Below are positions 36,223 through 40,108 of a stretch of 40,108 bases of DNA, in pieces. Both the position numbers and the translations under genes were made by a program. Below the pieces are notes generated by a model. That model did no database searches. It was not told the origin of the DNA and worked only from the letters and a program-made list of their open reading frames with translations. Positions within the stretch are counted from its first letter, which is position 1, and each line of letters begins with the position of its first letter. This DNA is from Bacilli bacterium (lineage in GTDB: Bacteria > Bacillota_I > Bacilli_A > ML615J-28 > CAG-313): NCBI GenBank assembly GCA_045653225.1, contig JAZOLP010000043.1:1-40108 (forward strand). The letters are read 5' to 3'.

Positions 36223-38679
36223 ATGGAAGTTAAAAAATATCAAATTATAAAAATGAATTCGGTTAAAGGTATTAATCGTATTGTAAATGAAATTAAAAAG
36301 ATTGATACGATTTTTAACGCTTCAATTGATAGAACAACTAAGATTCTAATCGTTGAGTGTAATGCGCCTGAACTTGAAATAAAACATGAAAATTATTATA
36401 AAAAACTTGAAGATAAAATTACTAAAGCAATTAGAGTTTATGAAAAGCAAGCTAAACTTGTAAGTATTGATAATGTAGAAGTTTATCGTAAAGTGTTATA
36501 TTTAAATGGTTTAGATTGTGCGTATTGTGGTACTCGTATTGAAAATATTGCAAAAAAAGAGTTAAATCATCAACGCATTGTTGTTGATTACCCTACATAT
36601 CGTTTTATTATTGAAACTACTGATAAATCATTAGTTGATAATTTAGAACAAAAAGTTACTGAAATTGCACATAAAGTTGATGAAAGAATTATTGTTCAAA
36701 GTGCTGAAAAAGGTAAACCACGTCAAAGTGAAATTGAAAAGACTTTCAAAAAACCTCAAGTTGTTATTATTTGGATTGGTATTTTAGTCTTTTTAGTTGG
36801 AGGTTTATTATCTGAAATATTAAAAGAAGTAAATGAAACTTTAAATTTATTTGGTATCTTTTTAATAATTTTAGGTTATTTAATGATTGGTCATCAAATT
36901 ATATTAAGATTTTTTAAAAATCTATTTAAAGGTAGAATATTTGACGAAAACTTTTTAATGACAGTAGCATCTATTGGAGCTTTAATTACACAAAATTATG
37001 TTGAAGCCGCAGTAGTAATGTTATTATATCAATTAGGTGAATTTTTACAAAATGTTGCTGTTAATAAAACTAGAAAATCAATTGCTGATTTGTTAAGCTA
37101 TGAAGTACAAACTGTTAAATTAAAATTAGGTGAAGAAGTTTCCGAAGTTGGGGTTGAAGGAGTTTTACCTGATGATGTAATTGTTGTTGGTAAAGGTGAA
37201 ATGATACCAGTTGATGGTAAGGTATGTAAAGGGAAAACATATTTAGATACTAAAAATATTACTGGTGAGTCTCGTGCTCGAAGCGTTAATGTTGGTGATG
37301 AAGTATTATCAGGTAGTTTAAATATTGGTAATATTATTGAAGTTAGAGTAACAAGAACATATAACAATTCAATGATGACAAGAATTTTGGATTTAGTTGA
37401 AAATGCTACAATTAATAAATCAAAGGCTGAGAATTTTATAACAAAATTTAGTCGATTCTATACACCAATTGTTGTAAGTTTAGCTGCTTTAATTTTAACT
37501 TTTGGTATTGTTAGTTCTTTCTTTAATACTTCTGTTTCATGGACTGAATGGGTTTATGTTGCTATGGAGTTTTTAGTAATTTCATGTCCATGTGCTTTAG
37601 TAATCTCTGTACCACTTTCATTCTTCTGTGCGATTGGTGTTGCTAGTAAACGTGGTATTTTAATTCGAGGTAGTAATTATCTTGAAGCAATGTACCATAT
37701 GGAAAACATTGTTTTTGATAAAACTGGGACTCTTACTAAAGGTGAATTTAATATAAGTGAAATTATTCCTGCTGAAGGATATCGTCTAGAAGATGTAAAA
37801 AGATTGTTTATTTATACTGAATATTATTCAGAACATCCGATTGGTAAGTCAATTGTAGAATCCTATGGGAAAGAAAACGTATTAACTGAAATAATTACTG
37901 AATTCCAACCTTTACAAGGTGGTGCAAGAGCTATGATAAATGGAAGTCATATTTTAATTGCTTCACTTAATCTTGCTAAAAGAGAAAAGCTTACTTTCCC
38001 AGAATTAATTAATCCTAATTTAGTAATTTATGTTTTTAAAGAAAAAACATTTATCGGTCATGTTATTGTAGGAGATACTGTAAGAGAAGAAGCATTTGAA
38101 ACTATTAATAGCTTACGTCAAGGTGGTGTTAATAAAGCTTATATGCTTACAGGCGACTCAAAAGGAATTGCTGAAAATGTAGCAAATATGTTACAAATTG
38201 ATGAAGTTTTCTCAGAATTATTACCTGATGAAAAAGTAGAATACATGGATAAAATAAAAGAAAGTACAAAAAGTAAACGTGGTACTACAGCCTATGTTGG
38301 TGATGGTATTAATGATGCTCCTGTTATTGCTACTAGTGATGTAGGTATTGCAATGGGGGATACTGCAAGTGATGCTACAATTTCTATTTCAGATATTGTA
38401 ATTATGACAAATGATTTAAATAAACTTGTAGAATTAAATTTTATAGCAAAGAAAACTAGACATAAAGTTGTTGAAAATATTGTATTTGCTCTTTCTATAA
38501 AATTTATTGTAATGGTTATTGCTTTAGTATTTAGAAATAGTGCTTTTTCAATGTCTTTATGGCTAGCTATATTCTCAGATGTTGGTGTATCCTTACTTGC
38601 AATTCTTAATTCATTACGTTTAATGAGATTATTCAAAAGACAAGCAAAATTAGAACAAGGAGGAAATGAAAATGAATAA
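36223..38679 (+). CDS. heavy-metal P1B-type ATPase, Zn/Cd/Pb (P1B-2) signature
   Basis: DKTGTLT, TGD and GDGINDAP. TM6 CPCALVISVP, TM7 N-x7-K (NIVFALSIK), TM8 DVG-x7-N. N-terminal GLDCAYCGTRIE metal-binding domain. Confidence 0.92.
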   Translation: MEVKKYQIIKMNSVKGINRIVNEIKKIDTIFNASIDRTTKILIVECNAPELEIKHENYYKKLEDKITKAIRVYEKQAKLVSIDNVEVYRKVLYLNGLDCAYCGTRIENIAKKELNHQRIVVDYPTYRFIIETTDKSLVDNLEQKVTEIAHKVDERIIVQSAEKGKPRQSEIEKTFKKPQVVIIWIGILVFLVGGLLSEILKEVNETLNLFGIFLIILGYLMIGHQIILRFFKNLFKGRIFDENFLMTVASIGALITQNYVEAAVVMLLYQLGEFLQNVAVNKTRKSIADLLSYEVQTVKLKLGEEVSEVGVEGVLPDDVIVVGKGEMIPVDGKVCKGKTYLDTKNITGESRARSVNVGDEVLSGSLNIGNIIEVRVTRTYNNSMMTRILDLVENATINKSKAENFITKFSRFYTPIVVSLAALILTFGIVSSFFNTSVSWTEWVYVAMEFLVISCPCALVISVPLSFFCAIGVASKRGILIRGSNYLEAMYHMENIVFDKTGTLTKGEFNISEIIPAEGYRLEDVKRLFIYTEYYSEHPIGKSIVESYGKENVLTEIITEFQPLQGGARAMINGSHILIASLNLAKREKLTFPELINPNLVIYVFKEKTFIGHVIVGDTVREEAFETINSLRQGGVNKAYMLTGDSKGIAENVANMLQIDEVFSELLPDEKVEYMDKIKESTKSKRGTTAYVGDGINDAPVIATSDVGIAMGDTASDATISISDIVIMTNDLNKLVELNFIAKKTRHKVVENIVFALSIKFIVMVIALVFRNSAFSMSLWLAIFSDVGVSLLAILNSLRLMRLFKRQAKLEQGGNENE

Positions 38680-39181
38680 TAATTATATAGAAATTGGTAA
38701 AGTTGTAAATACTTTTGGTATTAAAGGTGAATTAAAAATCCAAAGTGAAAGTGACTTTGTTGATTACCGTTATGCTGTTGGGAAAAATATTTATTTTAAA
38801 ATTCGAAATACATATAAGGTAGTAAAAGTTTCTTCTTTTAGAGTACATAAAGGTAACATTTTAATTACTATAGATGATATTAAAGATATTAATGAAGTTG
38901 AAAAATACATTGGTGTTTATGTTTATGCTGACAAATCAGATGTTCCACCACTTGAAGAAGGAGAATTTTATGTGGATGATTATGTGGGTGTTGACGTATA
39001 TGATGAAACAAATAATTTACTTGGTAAAGTTAGTGATGTAATTTTAATTCCTTCAAATGATTTATTAGAGATTGAATTACTTAATGGTAAAAAAGTTCTT
39101 ATTCCTTATGTCGATGAATATGTACTAGATGTTTTAGAAGATAAAATAATTGTTAAATTATTAGAGGTTGATCATGATTAA
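38672..39181 (+). CDS. rimM: 16S rRNA processing protein RimM
   Basis: IEIGKVVNTFGIKGELKI N-terminus and PRC-barrel C-terminus. AAGGAGG lies 8 nt before ATG 38672 (ATG 38666 is only 2 nt from the SD). Confidence 0.9.
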   Translation: MNNNYIEIGKVVNTFGIKGELKIQSESDFVDYRYAVGKNIYFKIRNTYKVVKVSSFRVHKGNILITIDDIKDINEVEKYIGVYVYADKSDVPPLEEGEFYVDDYVGVDVYDETNNLLGKVSDVILIPSNDLLEIELLNGKKVLIPYVDEYVLDVLEDKIIVKLLEVDHD

Positions 39182-39908
39182 GTTTGACATATTAACATTA
39201 TTTCCAGAAATTATTGAAGGAATGGTTTCTAGTTCAATTTTAAAAAGAGCTATGGAAAAAGGTCTTATTGAAATAAATATTATTGACTTTAGAGAATATT
39301 CTGGTAATAAACATTCTACAGTAGATGATTATGCGTATGGTGGAGGAGCAGGGATGTTAATTCGTGTTGATCCAATTTATCGTGCTTTACAAACTATAGA
39401 TGGTCTTGATAAAGCTCATAAGATTTTAACATCTCCTAGTGGTAATGTATGGAGTCAAAAGAAAGCTGAAGAATTTTCAAGACTTGATCATATTGTTATT
39501 GTATGTGGTCATTATGAAGGTATCGACGCTAGAGTTTTAAATTATATTGATGAAGAAGTATCTATCGGTGATTATGTTTTAACAGGCGGCGAAATTCCTG
39601 CTGGGGTTATTATAGATTCTGTTTCACGTTTAGTAAGTGGTGTTATCGCAGATGATTCAACAGTTAATGAATCATTTTCAATGGGTCTATTAGAATATCC
39701 ACAATATACTAGACCTCAAGAATTTGAAGGGCATAAAGTTCCTGATATTTTACTTTCTGGTCATCATGCTAATATAAAAAAATGGCAACGATATGAATCT
39801 TTAAAAAAGACTTTAATCGTACGCCCTGAATTACTTAAGGAAGTAGAACTTTCAAAAGAAGATTTAAAAATGTTAGATGAAATTAAAAAAGAGGTGAATA
39901 TAAAGTGA
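39174..39908 (+). CDS. trmD: tRNA (guanine37-N1)-methyltransferase TrmD
   Basis: FDILTLFPE, YGGGAGM, CGHYEGIDARV and GDYVLTGGE motifs. ATG 39174 overlaps the rimM stop (ATGATTAA). Confidence 0.95.
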   Translation: MIKFDILTLFPEIIEGMVSSSILKRAMEKGLIEINIIDFREYSGNKHSTVDDYAYGGGAGMLIRVDPIYRALQTIDGLDKAHKILTSPSGNVWSQKKAEEFSRLDHIVIVCGHYEGIDARVLNYIDEEVSIGDYVLTGGEIPAGVIIDSVSRLVSGVIADDSTVNESFSMGLLEYPQYTRPQEFEGHKVPDILLSGHHANIKKWQRYESLKKTLIVRPELLKEVELSKEDLKMLDEIKKEVNIK

Positions 39909-40108
39909 AAAAAATATTTACATTATTTATAATTTTATTATCAATATTTTTATCTAGTTGTAATTGTAAAAAAAATAACGATGTTAAATTTTATTTAGAA
40001 GAATCTAACTGGAATATATATTTAGAAAACTTTTATGAATTGATTAATACTGAAAATTCTAAATTTATTGGTGTTGATTTACGTGGTAAAGAAGATTATG
40101 AAACATTA
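39905..40108 (+). CDS. putative lipoprotein, 3'-truncated by the window edge
   Basis: GTG 39905 lies 8 nt after GAGGTG and overlaps the trmD TGA. MKKIFTLFIILLSIFLSSC has a lipobox. The frame is open to the end of the window (68 codons), and the ORF is not in the ORF track. Confidence 0.5.
   Translation, partial: MKKIFTLFIILLSIFLSSCNCKKNNDVKFYLEESNWNIYLENFYELINTENSKFIGVDLRGKEDYETL

Noticed and set aside
1-40108. CRISPR arrays, rRNA/tRNA genes, IS elements, integrases, prophage genes, riboswitch or T-box leaders, and use of genetic code 4
   Set aside because: I noticed no spaced direct repeats, cloverleaf-capable G+C-rich islands, transposase or integrase motifs, or long structured leaders; the intergenic regions are short and AT-rich. 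TGA clearly terminates trmD and other ORFs, and Trp is encoded by TGG.

Overview
The window is a very AT-rich (about 30% G+C by eye) chromosomal segment of a low-GC Bacillota endospore former that uses the standard genetic code (TGA is a stop, TGG is Trp). I ran no database search. All family calls come from motifs read in the translations. Most of the window is core housekeeping. On the + strand: murB (partial), cotJB-cotJC, a YfcE-like phosphoesterase, ackA-ftsZ, an Fe-S aldo/keto reductase, then a 12-kb co-directional array rimP-nusA-ylxR-ylxQ-infB-rbfA-malQ-uvrC-gerE-kapD-rnj-cof, and finally rpsP-ylqC / arsR-P1B ATPase-rimM-trmD. On the - strand: an ABC exporter, a TSCPD protein, an alpha/beta SASP, thiI with a cysteine desulfurase, a Udk-like kinase, def and mscL. 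Small sporulation genes are scattered through it: SASP, GerE, KapD-like, YlbD/YlbE, and a tiny YjcZ-family gene that is absent from the ORF track. The stretch that looks most accessory is 8.1-13.8 kb: a membrane protein, a membrane-anchored XRE regulator, a HAD-IB hydrolase, a PD-(D/E)XK-like protein and a 927-aa lipoprotein. I saw no rRNA, tRNA, CRISPR array, transposase or integrase, and I cannot support a clear novel multi-gene system. Four things deserve a second look. First, a Zn/Cd-type efflux module is inserted into the rpsP..trmD operon and translationally coupled to it. Second, an SD-sequestering hairpin plus a 6-codon uORF is coupled to rimP. Third, mirrored sigma-K-type promoters flank a palindrome between coat-protein genes. 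Fourth, the uncharacterised 8.1-10.9 kb cluster. Several ORF-track starts are upstream artefacts and were re-set to ATG/GTG codons with proper Shine-Dalgarno (SD) spacing.
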